The notes under the pieces are model-generated. The model made no database searches and was not told where the DNA came from. It saw only the letters and a program-made list of their open reading frames with translations. A stretch of 64,000 bases of DNA, taken from positions 1,736,001-1,800,000 of the forward strand of contig CDRNST010000180.1 in the NCBI GenBank assembly GCA_977016875.1, written 5' to 3'. The translations under genes were made by a program, and so were the position numbers. The stretch comes from Pavona decussata. Its lineage: Eukaryota. Shown here one piece after another: positions 13,066 to 26,036 of the stretch (position 1 is its first letter; each line of letters begins with the position of its first letter).

Positions 13066-13512
13066 CGCTTTAAGTACGCTCAAACAAAACGTACACACTC
13101 TTGAAGGCGACGAAGGCGATACCGCCCCTGAATGTTCAGCCGCCTTAGCAACATTTGGACACTGTGTCCCACTAACAAGCATCGAGCCCAGATGAGCGAT
13201 GTAACTCGAGGCAAGACGTAATGTCTCTATTTTTGACAGTTTTCTATCCGACGGTTCTGTTGGTATAAGAACACGCAGCGCGCCGAAAGCTGAGTTGACG
13301 AGGTGCGTTCTACTCCGTTCCCGTGCATTAGCAGCTTGCCGTTGCTTGCTGAGGCCTGTGAGCCGAGGTCTTCTTCGTTTCCTCTTACTGATCTTTGAGC
13401 TGTTTTCTCCGTCGGAGTTGTGCTGCTTGGGTGATGAATCATAATCGTCCGAGTCCGTTGCGTTCATGTCTCTTAGCTCGGTTCTTTGTTTCCTCTTGCG
13501 TGTTCCCTCCAT
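13066..13512 (-). CDS. paraxis: bHLH gene 1: Paraxis/Scleraxis (TCF15/SCX) orthologue, exon 1
   Basis: [52 protein letters not shown] plus the downstream CTFCLS motif diagnostic of Paraxis/Scleraxis. First ATG at 13512. GTAAGT donor at 13065 (phase 0). The unspliced ORF would run to 13003. Confidence 0.93.
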
Positions 13513-15759
13513 TTTGAAATAAAAGTAAAACAAAAAAATCAGTACAAACACAACGCAAGTAAGGGAGCTGCGTCAAAAATCTCACACGGCCATGGATGCC
13601 TATGGCAGTCAGTAATAGCCAGTGAGTTTCAGAGATGAAAATATAGAAGCAACTCTAGATCCAAAATTTGCATAAGTGATCATTCAGGAAAGAGTTGTAT
13701 TTTAATACTGGGCGGTCTTTTTGACGAACCGCAGGAACTCAGAACCGCCGATTAGCTGTCCAATAAGAACTGCAGTATCAGTTATGTTATGGTCTAGAAG
13801 CGAGAATTCTAACACAACATCCTTGCTTGTTGACGAGATAATTGCTGTTCAGACCTTAGAGGGCAACCTCGCTTGTGTTGTGGAATTTGCCATTAATTTT
13901 AGTCACAAAGCTCAATGGTTTGCGGGCCGTTTAGTGACTACAGATTGATTCCACTTCTTACTAGGTGTTGAAGAAAGATGACTGTTCAAGTCGACACGCG
14001 ATTCTGGTAGAAACTAGCGTGGATACACATGAGGGGATCATGTGATATTTCCATCTGCACAGAAATGTTCTGTAAACTAACTTCCTCGCTATCAACGAAT
14101 AATTGAAGCTAGGAGGAGTCCAAGAGCATTAGCAGGAATAAAAAAAAATACTGCTAACTGGAACGGAGCCATGGCATTCAGCTTTCATTCGATTAATCGG
14201 ATCTTGTTACCTCAAGTGAATTTAACAACATTTGAGTTAATAGCACACTTGAGAGCAGATTTTCAAGAGCACTCCACTTGACTTAAAACCCTTATCCCTA
14301 TTAAAATCCGATGTTTTCTGAACGGAGAAAAATGATCCTGGCAAAGTGTACTCGCATGTATCATCGTGCTTGAAGGAACATATACAGTCAAAACAAAACA
14401 GAGACGATTTTGTAATTTCATCACGCAATTTTCTAATGTCCTGAACAACTGAAACTTTTAAGTAGATGATATATCCTTCCATTTTTCCTAACTATTCAGG
14501 CGACCTTCGGTTTAAACACTTGAGATAATCCCTGGATTTATTTTATCAAGGTCTTGACACGGTATGCGCGGAAACACAAAAGAAAGACTGAAACAAGCTT
14601 TGAGGAACACTTAAATGTTCCAAACATCGATCAGGACTACTGCAAATGGTGCAAATCACCACGTCAAGTGAAATCTTTAGTAAGACATGACATAAACTTC
14701 ATGGCTTTTCAGTTTCTAAAATATTGTCCACTGATTGGAATGAATTTAATTACGAGAAATAGTTCAGGTACTCCCTTTTATAATCCTAAATTTTCATCTT
14801 CAGCGAGGAAGTCCGTGGTGCCAATTTTGCGTGCCTTGAGTACCGTAAAAGCTGTTGTCCTCTTTTGATACTATTTGAGCGTCAAACGACTTCACAGGAC
14901 TTTATGCTATCAGTTAAACTAATTCACATCACATATTTAAAAGGCTAAAGTCTTGTTAAACTGAGCATACCTTTCTAACGAGCACGTCATGCTCCATTTG
15001 ATCGTTGTCACAAAATCGACCCGCGAAGCGCGTCTAGGCTCAAACGACGTAGTTAGATGCCTTTCCTTCGAAACGGAAGACTGCTATAATAAAAAAGGAC
15101 AAAAACAATAACGCGGAGATTCAGTAAATCGGTGGAATTTTAGCCGCGTCTTGCTCGCACTTCAAACGTCTCCATCAACCGTATGTTCGGACTTTCAGTT
15201 GAGCATGCACTGCAACCGGATACACGGCAAATTAGTTGACGTCATAACGGAACAAGCCCTTTCTGTTAATAATTATTCATTTCCTGTATGAGATTCTCCC
15301 TCATTTCCTTGTCTACTATACCATTTACAGGATTTACAGTCCTTCCTGTGAAACCGCCAGGTCATTTATACCATTCGGTGGTGAGCGATAAGAGTATCCG
15401 CACTTTCTCTCTATTTAAGTTTGGCGGTCTTTCTCTCAATTGTAAGATTTGACTCTAGGAGTAACTTTTACTGTCAAGAAGGACATTATTTTTTCCATTT
15501 TCTTTAGTGATTTTCGTTCAATATTGCACTTCGTGTACAAGGCCCTTAAATTTGGAATGACAGCCCTCTTTCCTTACGTAATTTGCTTACTATCTCGAAT
15601 TATAGACAAAAACTTAGAGATTACTTCCAATCATTGTGAATTCGTGTCTTTTTGAACTCTCGTACAAACGGCTTAGATTATTTAATAATTTATTTGTTAT
15701 TCGTTTTAGTTATTATTATCATTATTACCACTATTACTATTGTTAATATTAATATTTAT

Positions 15760-16126
15760 CTATTTATTTATTTATTTATTTATTTATTTGTAAACTGTAA
15801 AGTAATTGCACCATCTTGATCAATATCCTGTATGACTTATGCCATATAAGCCCCTGGCTTCGGCATCTCGAGGCGTGCTTGCGCAATCTCCCGCCTCTCC
15901 AGAGGCTCATGCATGATAAAGTGCTTGACAATAACCGAGATCGAATTGGAATTTGGAAATGTTTTTTCAGGAGAGGGGAAAACCGGAGTACCCGGTGAAA
16001 AACCTTTTGGAGCAAGGACGAGAACCAACAACAAACTCAAACCACATATGACGCCCGAGTACGGGAATTGAACCCGGCGCACGTTGGTGGGAGGCAGGTG
16101 CTCCCCCTACTGCGCCATCCCTGCTC
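15760..16126 (-). mobile_element. tRNA-derived SINE (GAGCAGGGATGGCGCAGT head family)
   Basis: Same head and body as the copies at 56478 and 57265. A/B-box-like motifs and a (TAAA)n tail. Confidence 0.8.
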
Positions 16127-17732
16127 AGCCCCAATCACCTTAATCACTAAACCTCAGTTTTTTCAAACCAAAACAGTTCATAAACTTTGAAGCCACATAC
16201 TGTATTTACTGAAAAAATAAAACAACAACAACACTCCTATCAATTTAAAGGTCCGCCTCAACTGATCATATGTCGGAACTGCCAAAAACGACATTAATTT
16301 CCTGGAGCAGTACCGGGAATTTATTTACTTAGGTAATTCAGATTTATCAGCTGATTTATAAACGAAAAAACACGGCCTTCTTGTCAGTGCAGTAGCCCTT
16401 TCACGGGAGGAGGGTAATACCATCCCCCTCCCCCTAAAAAAGACTGCGTTGGAGGCTACTCATAGGTATTTGCTACTGTAAGGGAAAAATAAATTTTCAA
16501 AGCCACACATGTCAACCCAAGTGAATCGCCTAACTCGCCATCAGTCTCCCAGCAGCACAGTGGTTAGAGCATCTTTTCGGTGTACGAAGGTCCTGGATTC
16601 AATTCCCGAGGATGACTGCGGAGTTTTTCTTTCAGTATCCCATCCATGTGACATGTGACATGCTAAATACTACAGCTTTGAAAAGTATTGTGTTAACTAT
16701 TTGACTTGTTATGTTGGAGATTACCTAGCAATCTCGCGGTGCGTCGAAAAATCGCAGCAAGATTTTACCAACCTATAAGGTATGCTGTATGTGTTTACTC
16801 CAAACGTTCCATGAATCCGCGATGTACACAAGAGCTCCTGCTGTGTTAGTTTAGAAATCCACCACATTTGCCGCAAAAAGAAGCCAAAATAGCCTGAGGA
16901 AGGCTTGATACTCACTGCAGGGGCATAACAACTTGGCTGAAGCGAGTGTTGGACTAATGTGATGTGATCATGACCATACTTATAGAACAAAAACCGTTGG
17001 TGTTAAGGGAAGACTTTCTCCGAAGTGAAGCCAGCTTCTTGTTTGTTATCTTCTACAACTTGTGATACTAAGATCCTAATTGCAAAAATGCAATATCATT
17101 GCAAAGCCCTCGTAAACAAATGTTGCGTATCATTTAATTTCGTGAATTTGAAGTTGAACAATCAGAAACTGTCGAGGTTGTGCGAGTGAGTCAAGGCTGG
17201 CTACATCCCCAATCCTTCTAGACAAGAATGTGAGATAGTAGTCCTGAGAGCCTTCAGTTTAATGACGACGAAATCCCTGGTGCAAGTCAGAACTATTGAA
17301 GAAACTGAAAAATTCCGGTGAAAGACTCGAAACACAATCGAACACTAACCCAAACAACTGAGCAACTGATCCTACTCCAAAATGAAACTCATTTAACCTG
17401 CCGATACGTATTAACAAAAAGAGTGTTAGTCAAACCTAGTCTAAAAGTACTGAATGTTCAAATGAGCTCAGTCATGTACGAATACACGTGCTTGGTGAGT
17501 TATACAACTAGAAAAGTTCACGTGCAGTGAGATCCTTTTGACATGCAGAGATCGGATAACCCCAGCAGAGAAAATACAAACGGTCGTCGGGTCTTTTTAA
17601 ACAAAATTAATGGCTTTGTGTTGAGTCAAAAGACTTATACCAGCGTAACGGCGCGTGGCTACAATCCTAAATATGTTGATATATTGCGGCAGCACTCGAT
17701 AAACACACATTTAACGCAGAGTCGTCTCCGAT

Positions 17733-18054
17733 ATGGACGTCACACCTATTGGGAAGGTAATACCACAACCCAAGAAGAGACCTCGGCGACGAGGACCCCG
17801 CCTAACGGGTGTGAGCAAGCAGAGAAGAGTAGCTAACGCAAGGGAAAAGAGGCGAATGGAAACTTTGAATATGAACATTCAAATACTGCGACACATGATC
17901 CCTCTTCCACCGCAAGACAGGGAACCTTCTAAAACTGAAGTGATATGGCTGGCTGTGGATTACATTACGGAGCTAAACAAAATGTTGGAATCAGCTAACT
18001 TCCTTGAGAGCCTTGACAGTCTAAAAGGAAGTCCACTTCATTTTAATTTTGAGG
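17733..18054 (+). CDS. bHLH gene 2, Paraxis-related paralogue, exon 1
   Basis: RRGPRLTGVSKQRRVANAREKRRMETLNMNIQILRHMIPLPPQDREPSKTEVIWLAVDYITEL. Donor G|GTAAGT at 18055 (phase 1). Confidence 0.9.
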
Positions 18055-18886
18055 GTAAGTATTTTTGGGTGACGTAATTACTTCAAGAAATTGGGACATG
18101 TGTGCGATTTCGTAGATGCGCCCAGGCATCAATGAAATGGCTAGCAAAATTGTATTTAGGTACAGCTCTTACTGCAAGATTTATGAATTTACATTCCTCA
18201 GGATTTTTTTTTTTTTTTTTGAGATTTTGAAGCTACACTGAGGCCACCAGAATAATATTTTGCAGGCAGAATTAATGGGCGGTTGTGAAAAGCTGTCACC
18301 AATTCCTGAGCTACAAAGCTGTTCTGCGTCGACCGTACATAAAAGTTAAGTCGCCACTGAAGAAAAAGAAACCTGACTGGGAAATGAAGCTGAACATTAC
18401 GAATAAACAGTTTTTACTTATATCTCTGGCGGTGTCCAACCCACAGGCTAGGCTGCCGTGTAGTGTGCAAGTTTGAGTGAACTAAAGTTCTACGATACTT
18501 TGCCAAACAAAATCTTTCGATTCTTTAACTTGGCCTTCGTGGGAAGTAGAATCAGCTGAGCTATGAAATGTTTGCCAAGACAACGTAACCCCAGATAGTC
18601 GCAGCTGTGTCAAGCGAATTCCACTTTTTTGGACTCGTGCTTTTCTTTTTTTTTTCCCTTTCGAAAGGAAACAAAACACGTCTTGGACGCAAATCACAAC
18701 ATAAACAAGCTTGTCATTGGCATTCGACTAGCAATTAATAAAACCTCGAATCCATTTTTTTTGGTTGATAAAACTTAACCGGCACTGTCTAAAAGACAGC
18801 CACCTGTACTGTTGTTGATAACCAAATTTAGTTGCCCCTTGTTGCTTATGATTGATGATCTGACAACCTCATTCTTTTTCTTTCAG

Positions 18887-18960
18887 GTTGTGCACCTGAC
18901 CCTGACACTCTAAGAATGGTTCATAAATTTAGCACAACGCCTCGTTCTTATGGACTTTAG
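18887..18960 (+). CDS. bHLH gene 2 predicted exon 2 (GCAPDPDTLRMVHKFSTTPRSYGL*)
   Basis: Acceptor TTCTTTTTCTTTCAG| at 18886. A homologous acceptor is present in gene 4. Confidence 0.65.
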
Positions 18961-20133
18961 ACTGATTTACAACTAAATACTCTTGAAACTTGAATATATT
19001 TGCAGGCTTTCTTTACGCGACTGCTTAAGTTGCGTAAATAATTCCGTTCTATTTAAACCAAATACTTTGCTACGAAAGTTGGAACAATAAGAGAAGAGTC
19101 CTTTCCAGTAGTTTCCAAAACGGAAAATTGTGAATTCGTTATGTTGTTCATTCTACAGAGCTCTAGACTAGACCGATTGATTAATATGGAACTGAATCGG
19201 ATGGAATAACTTTCTCATCTGTCATGTTGTATCAGTTAAAACGTAGCTTTAACTTGTACTTTATATTCAAATGAGAGAAATATAAAATTGAGTGTAACTC
19301 GGTTGTACTTGATATAACGTTTTACTCTCAGTAAAAAGTTCCTTCAAAGTGAAAAAGTTGCTCGAACGTAAAAAAAAACTGCATGCCCGCTCATTTCTGG
19401 ATAACTAAATGATTTTCCCCTAGCTATGGTTCAACAGCTCTTTATTTCTCGAATAAATAGTCGTCCATTTCTTGAGGAAGGCTGAGTCTCAGACAGCCGA
19501 ATCCGCAAATGTAAAATTTCATGAAATATATGACTGAGTTTTTACAATTTACTATTTTGTAAAACTCCGACCGACAAATCAAATGGTATAATGGAATGTC
19601 TCACGGCACATTCAGCAAAGATGGCCTCCCAAACCTCGACGTGGTGACGTAACGTTTTCTCAAGAAAACGACAAAGATAGATTCCATTTTCCAGTGAGTG
19701 ATAACTGAACAGACACCAAAATGTGCTGAGGAATAAGGATTTCTTTATATGGTGAGAATATGGTCCGTAAAGCTCACTGGTCACCCACTTCTTGCCTGAC
19801 ATCTTTCAAGTGAGTGTTTATCAGTTGTCCCTTTTGAGCAGGTCACAGTTCATGAGTTAATTTCGATTTCTTTGTTCACGTAAGTCACTGTGGTCATTGT
19901 TTAGTTGACTTATTTCTTTGATATCAATTTTGCAGCACTACTTGTTTTATTAAGGCTTAACGCAACACACGGCGTCACCCTCAAAAACATCGTATTATGC
20001 CCAAAATTGTGCTCGAATTCAAGTATTTGCTTGTTACTATGCTGTGCAGAATTCCTCCCGCACCACATCCTTCGAACCTCAAACCTTTGCTGCTTACTTC
20101 TCCAAGAGAATGAATGTTTCATTCATTATAAAA

Positions 20134-22462
20134 TAGGGTTTGATAGGGCAATCGTAATTAATGCAGCCTTTTACATGAATGGAGTACAGTTTAATTCCTC
20201 TTCATTGCCGGCATGATTGTCTCAATATCATCCTTTTGCATCAGGAGCTGTTTGCATATAACAATTTTCCCAGATGTACATTGAACTGAACAGTTAAGAA
20301 CTAAGCGAAAGAGCAGAATTATCTGAACTGCTAAACTCAGTTAAAAGTATCTTAAACAGTGTCCCTTTTGGTCTAAGCGTCTGACTCATCTCTTGTTGAA
20401 CTGCAGCATTTATTTAGTGAGCATTCAATGCAATCTGGAAACGTTATAACCTGTAGACCTTGTGCCCAAATGATATCGTTAGAATTGAGAAAACTCGCTC
20501 AGATGCCGCAGAAGAAGGCTGAAGCGGCAAAGCCATTTTTGCCGAGGAAGCCCAATGTGGGAGGTCGGTTTCATTGGTTTTTCCACCATTGCACGGCATC
20601 AACTTCTTCTGCATTTCCTTTATCCTTCACTAGATACCTGGGAAGCTCGATCTTTAAGATTCCAATTGCACACTGTTAATATCATTTGCAATAGGGCGTA
20701 ATTGGGAAATCTTGTATGGGTTTGGCAGCCTCGCTGACCATTTCCACTTGAGGAAGCACAGTTGGTTTGGCGGAAATAGTGCCATCCAGATTGAATAGCT
20801 GGCAGTCCTACTTGGTGCCACTGCTGCGCTGTATGTGTATTGCCAGCCGAAATTTCTCTAAATACTACAATCACATTAGGAAGACGGGCTGTGCCAATAC
20901 AGTTTTGGATAAATGACAGCTGCTCGTAGAATTTCCATACTAGGGTACCATCTGCTCAAGGATGTAAGTCGACCCAGCCATTGACTTACCTGCATCCACA
21001 GCAGCTGCCAGCTCAATTTTCAGCTGGGCCATAGTTTGAGCATCAGTCAGTATCTCTTCGGTGTGCCTCAGGGTAGCTGCTCTCTGATGACCTTTTCGTC
21101 GATTTTGAATAAAGGGCAACACTTCTCTAAACTGCTTCATCACTTGCTGGGCCACCTCCCACCAGCTCCACCACCTAGTTTCCGAATAACTTGCAATTGC
21201 TACATGCCTGTCTGTTCCTTCCAAGCCAATCGTGTGGCAGGACTTTGTCCAAATAAGTATTTCCAAAGCTGAAGAATTCTTCGAACAGTGGGGGCATTGA
21301 AGTGATGTCCGACCCTGTCAATAGTATGAGAAAAACAACCCGCATCAATGACATTTGGGAAAATAATCTTCACAGTTACGGCTCATTGCTGACTGTCATT
21401 GGCGATGTTGTACTGCCGAGCACAAACTGTTATCAACTCCCATCAGTGATTTGGCGGGCAGCTGAAGACGGTCTTGCCGTTGCTGAATGTGCCAGTCCCC
21501 TCAGTGTAACATATCTGAGTACGACAGCAAGTGCTTCTCCATGCCCTGTAGTGCCATCGAATATCGGTGCAACTTAAGTGCTAGAGACTTCGCCTTTGAT
21601 TCTTTCCTCTTCTTCCTTTAGAATGAAAGGAATAAGCTGTCTCATATTAGTCGAGGACGTCAGTCGGTAATCCCCATCTTTCAACAATTCACCAAAATTG
21701 TCTGGTTTAGTTAATGGGACGCCACCCTTAAGGAATGCAGTGACAAGTCAACCTTCACTCTACAAACATGCTAGTTTTCGCTTATCCTTTTGGATGATCT
21801 TGTTACTCATATCTCTTCATGGCCGGCCTCTAGTATGTTTGAATTTGTTTTTCCTTTTGAGTTTGAGCAAGCCTTGTTTTGCGTTTGTGTTTGGAAGACT
21901 CTACTTGCCTGTCAGTGAAATTGGCCTTTGTAGACAATACTTCTCGACAAGCATTATAAAAACTACTCATTGTTGAACTTACTAAGCCGTGTCTCTACTG
22001 AGACAGAGTTGAGGATTTTAGCGTTACCTTTGGCTCTTCCTGGCCCTCTTCTTTTTGTCGCTCTTACTATCAAGAACTCGACTCCGTACTGGCCGTCGAA
22101 TGCCTGGGCTCCTCAGCAAACTCAGGGCATTAGTGACTTGTATTTCTTGTTGAACATCAGCAGCATCGTTCGAGGCTGCCATGACACAACAGGACGGCGT
22201 AATTAGGGTAACCAGGCCTTCAACGCCTTCCAAAGACCACGCTGGGAACAAGCGTACTGCGCCTCATAACAACAAGCACCATATATTTTCACACTATTCT
22301 GATAGCAAACGCAAAAAAATCCCACTTTAATTCAATGGCTAGTTGCCGTACAATAATGTATTAAGTTGCGAAATAGCAGTATTATTTCGGCATAACGCCG
22401 GATGCTCTAACAGTATCCCGCATAAAGCTCGAAATTATGCCGGTGATGTATAGCAACCCCTA
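20134..22462 (-). mobile_element. Degenerate hAT-superfamily DNA transposon (transposase pseudogene)
   Basis: Minus-strand fragments VAPIFDGTT...LAVVLRYV (first catalytic D), GCFSHTID (CxxH), SETRWWS and LPHW...QPSSAASERVFS (hAT dimerisation motif). Stops and frameshifts. Imperfect ends TAGGGTTTGATA / TAGCAACCCCTA. No TSD seen. Confidence 0.8.
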
Positions 22463-24128
22463 TTTTCTGCCTAGAAGGGCAACTCTGCCTTCGAAAACGG
22501 GTGACCCTACCAGGCGACTAGCACTGCCATGACGGTCATATTTGAGCTTGCCATGTAAATGGTTCACAGCGTTTTGTAAAGAAATGCATCAAATACTGTT
22601 GACTCTTCTACCAGGGACATCTTTACGCCATATAAATTTCAGGGGCCCCAAGTGACTCGACTCGAATCGACTGCCATCGCAGGCGAGTCATTTCTTGCTT
22701 CTTATTTTGGAATCATCTGTGTCTCAGTTCAAGGAATGTTTTTTTCAGAAAAGAATGCGGCAATTCGTGATCATCAAGCGGAAAAAGATCGATTGGACAT
22801 TTATTTTTGTTTTACTGCGGCTTCTTAAAAGTGAATTGTTTAAGTACGTCCAATTGTGATAATTGTTAACTGGGAGAGCTTGCAGTTATGAACCACAACA
22901 ATCAAAATGCTAAAAGCCGACTTAATAACAGGTCGTACGGCGCATTTAAGTATTGTTTGTATTTTAGTTCTAGTTAATCTTATCGATGCATCAAGTAATT
23001 GCGTGAACGTCTTAATCTTACGATTAAAGCACGTTTCCATTAAAAATCAATTTGTTCAAACTATTGCGAAGGTATCTTGAAACCCTTCTAGAAAACAATA
23101 GGACAAACAACTTGACAATGCCCCCGACCCTAAAAACAATAGCAGCTGGCTACACAATTTTAAAACAATTACAAGCTTATGAGAGCTGCTACACTACTGC
23201 ATCAGTGGAGGTATTTGCAATTTTAAAAAAGCTGATCATAGTCTCTTGGAGGTTCACATTTCAAATGCAACCAAGAAGGGCTCCTGAAAACGTCAAGATT
23301 AAAATCGTTTGTTTGACACAATGCGCTGTAAAACAAGAGCTCCTTGTTGCATAAACGGTTTATAACAAAGGCACGCTTGCAGTCGTAAATATTTATAACT
23401 AATTTTCTATTTTTGATTGAACGATTTTCAGTAGGGAGCTTTATTAGCCAAGTAGAGTTAAAAGGAAAGCATTTAAAATATCCCCATGTGGGCGTCGAGT
23501 TCTGTTCGATATAACAGCGCTATAAGACATTGGCATGCCGACAAATATAAATAAATACTTTTGATATTTTACAACAACGAAACCGTTAGTAAATGTTCAC
23601 CCAAAAATCAGCTACTTTCTTCTTGGATCGTTATTCAGTGAAATAGTTTTAGCTCATGATTGGTCATTTCCAAGCATAAGAAAAAATAAATATTTTGGAA
23701 CAGTTCAATTCTGAGGGGCCTTAAATAGTACATATTGAATACTATTGAATGTCTTGAACCCGTGAGAGACTTTGTCCAGTTGCTTGTATTTCCATCACTG
23801 ATTCTGGGTTGGCTTCTGATTGGATGAACCTTGTGCAGATTAGAGGCCAATGTTTGGTGTATCCAAGCTGATCTTGTTATTTACAAATGGCACACATTCC
23901 TTGATTACTGCCTGCAGTCAAAGGATGAAAAAGAAAGTATGTGAACTGAAAGCTGAATAGAGCAATTCGGGTTTATTTGCAATAAGACAAAAACTAATCA
24001 CGGAAAATACAAAAGTAATGAATTGTTAGCTCTCTAAGTAATGCAGACTTAAATTCGTAAATCACAATACATTTTGTTCACTTTATCACTTATGTAGCAT
24101 ACAAACAGGAAAAGCTGGTTTAACTCAC

Positions 24129-24427
24129 CTCAAAACTGGTTCTCTTTCTTTAGGTTCTTCTTCCTCTTTTAACAGCAGCATCAGTCGACCGATGTAGGAA
24201 GCCGCCAACCAGATTATCTCAGTTTTTGAAGGTTCTTTGTGTTGAGGTGGAAGAGGTATCAACTTGCGTAAAATCCTGATGTTTGAATTCAAAGTGTGCA
24301 CCCGATTTCTCTCTCTGGCGTTCGCCAACCTTCTTTGTTTGCTTAGGCCTGTCAGCCGGGGACCTCGACGCTTCGGTTTCTTTTTGCGACTTTGTGAGGT
24401 TTCTCTATCCTTCGGTATGTTCTCCAT
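24129..24427 (-). CDS. bHLH gene 3, Paraxis-related paralogue, exon 1
   Basis: [60 protein letters not shown]. Donor AG|GTGAGT at 24128 (phase 2). Candidate acceptor TTTCATCCTTTGACTGCAG| at 23912 adds only Q* (23905-23911). Confidence 0.9.
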
Positions 24428-26013
24428 TTAAAACTGTTACCAAATAATGCAGCTTACGTAAGCGGTCGAGTTTTTATTTTGAAGCAAGATCAATTAAAAA
24501 AGCTTCAACGTGCCAAAGAAAATAAGAATGAAGCCAAGCCTGTGAAACCGTTCCGCTTGTTTGGAGCTTTTCAGAGGAACTAGCCGCCGACTGCACACAA
24601 AACACCGGAAACTCATGCTAGCAAAGAGCTTGATTCTATCGCGTTATATTAATTAAAGTTTAATTTCTTTATCCGTCATGACTATAAAAATATATCCTAT
24701 ATAATGCGGCTTAGCTATATTTTTAATTATTAGCGTGTCTGGAAGCATTGTTTAAGAGTTTTGTTTTGCAGGTTCTCGTTGCTTCGGTGGTGTTATTTTT
24801 GTCTTCCTTGAAGGAGCACCACTTTATCATAGACTCAGTCGCGACCATCTACGATGGATTATATCTGATTTTTATAGCTTTTGAACCCAAAGTTTCTTTC
24901 CAAGACGTTATCAGGCACTTGCTTAATTGATGGGCTTAATTACTGAGGATTAATATTCAATTTACACGATACGAGTTGGCACGACCGAGAGAACGTAGTG
25001 TTAAGTTATATTTGGGGTCATTACAATAAACAGAATTGTTTCATGAGAATGAAAGCCTAGCGCACGGTGGGATGTCCGCTTGCCATTGTTACAAACCCTA
25101 AATCAAATATATTAAACATTAAACAAAGCAAGTCAGCACGCATAAACATTGATCTTCCACAATACTTGACTTGGAAACGATTTCAGGAGGACGGGTTTGA
25201 AAAAAGCGTGAAATTGACAATACGCAAAGCTTGTAAATTGTGTTATTTTCAGATTTTGTTCAAACCATTCAGCGATTTTCGTTCTTCCAGGGAATTGTTG
25301 GTCCACAAGAAGCTTATGGACCACTGATATTGTGCCTTGAAGTATCCATTGGGGTCATTTTTATGCTGCTGTGTCATCGGGTTCACTTTGATAACCATTG
25401 TACATTATTGCAAGCAGATAACCTTGCGTTCGTTTTGACATTTATAACGTAATGTTATCTCCATTATCATCCATTTCACTTAAGTGAAACTCGTTGTTCC
25501 GCGTCGGTTTAAAAACACCAAAATCAACTTTAAGCAGGTTCACCAATGCTAACTGTAGAACTGATCAGAGAAATCTGCCCAGACAGGTGCCAGTACTGTA
25601 TCAACAACTCATAGAATGTAGACACATACCATTGAGTTACACCCATTTTTTTAATTTTTTTTTTTTTTCACTACTTGAGTATCAAGTACAACTGAGTTAC
25701 ACCCAGTTTTTATTTTTCTCACTTGAATATCAAGTAGAAGCCGATACCACGTTTTAAATATAACATGATTAATAAGAACATTATTCCATCGTTCAAGGTC
25801 CACCGGCAATTCAATTTGGCAAGCCTCTCGTATAGTAGGTCGATATTTATAAATATACCTAAAGACAAAGTATTCACAATTTTCCGTTATGGAAACAATG
25901 AAAGAACTCTTCTCTAATGGACATCAACTTTAGTTGCAAAGTCTCTAACTATGAATCAGTCTAAAGTCAATAAGAACGAGGCGTTGTGGCAAACTTGTTA
26001 TGATCCGTTCGGC

Positions 26014-26036
26014 TCAGAGTGAGATGGGAGCACAAT
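26014..26036 (-). CDS. bHLH gene 4 predicted exon 2 (DCAPISL*)
   Basis: Acceptor TTCCTTTTCTTTCAG| at 26037, homologous to the gene 2 acceptor. Confidence 0.65.

Larger units (their letters stand above)
16681..19135 (+). repeat. Arm A of inverted segmental duplication (contains bHLH gene 2)
   Basis: 16681-~16940 matches the reverse complement of ~27655-27940. ~17565-19135 matches the reverse complement of ~25870-27392. Confidence 0.9.

Noticed and set aside
13513-13551. N-terminal ORF-track extensions of genes 1, 7 and 8
   Set aside because: They start at TTG or GTG, which are bacterial-style starts. In a eukaryote the downstream ATGs are more plausible.
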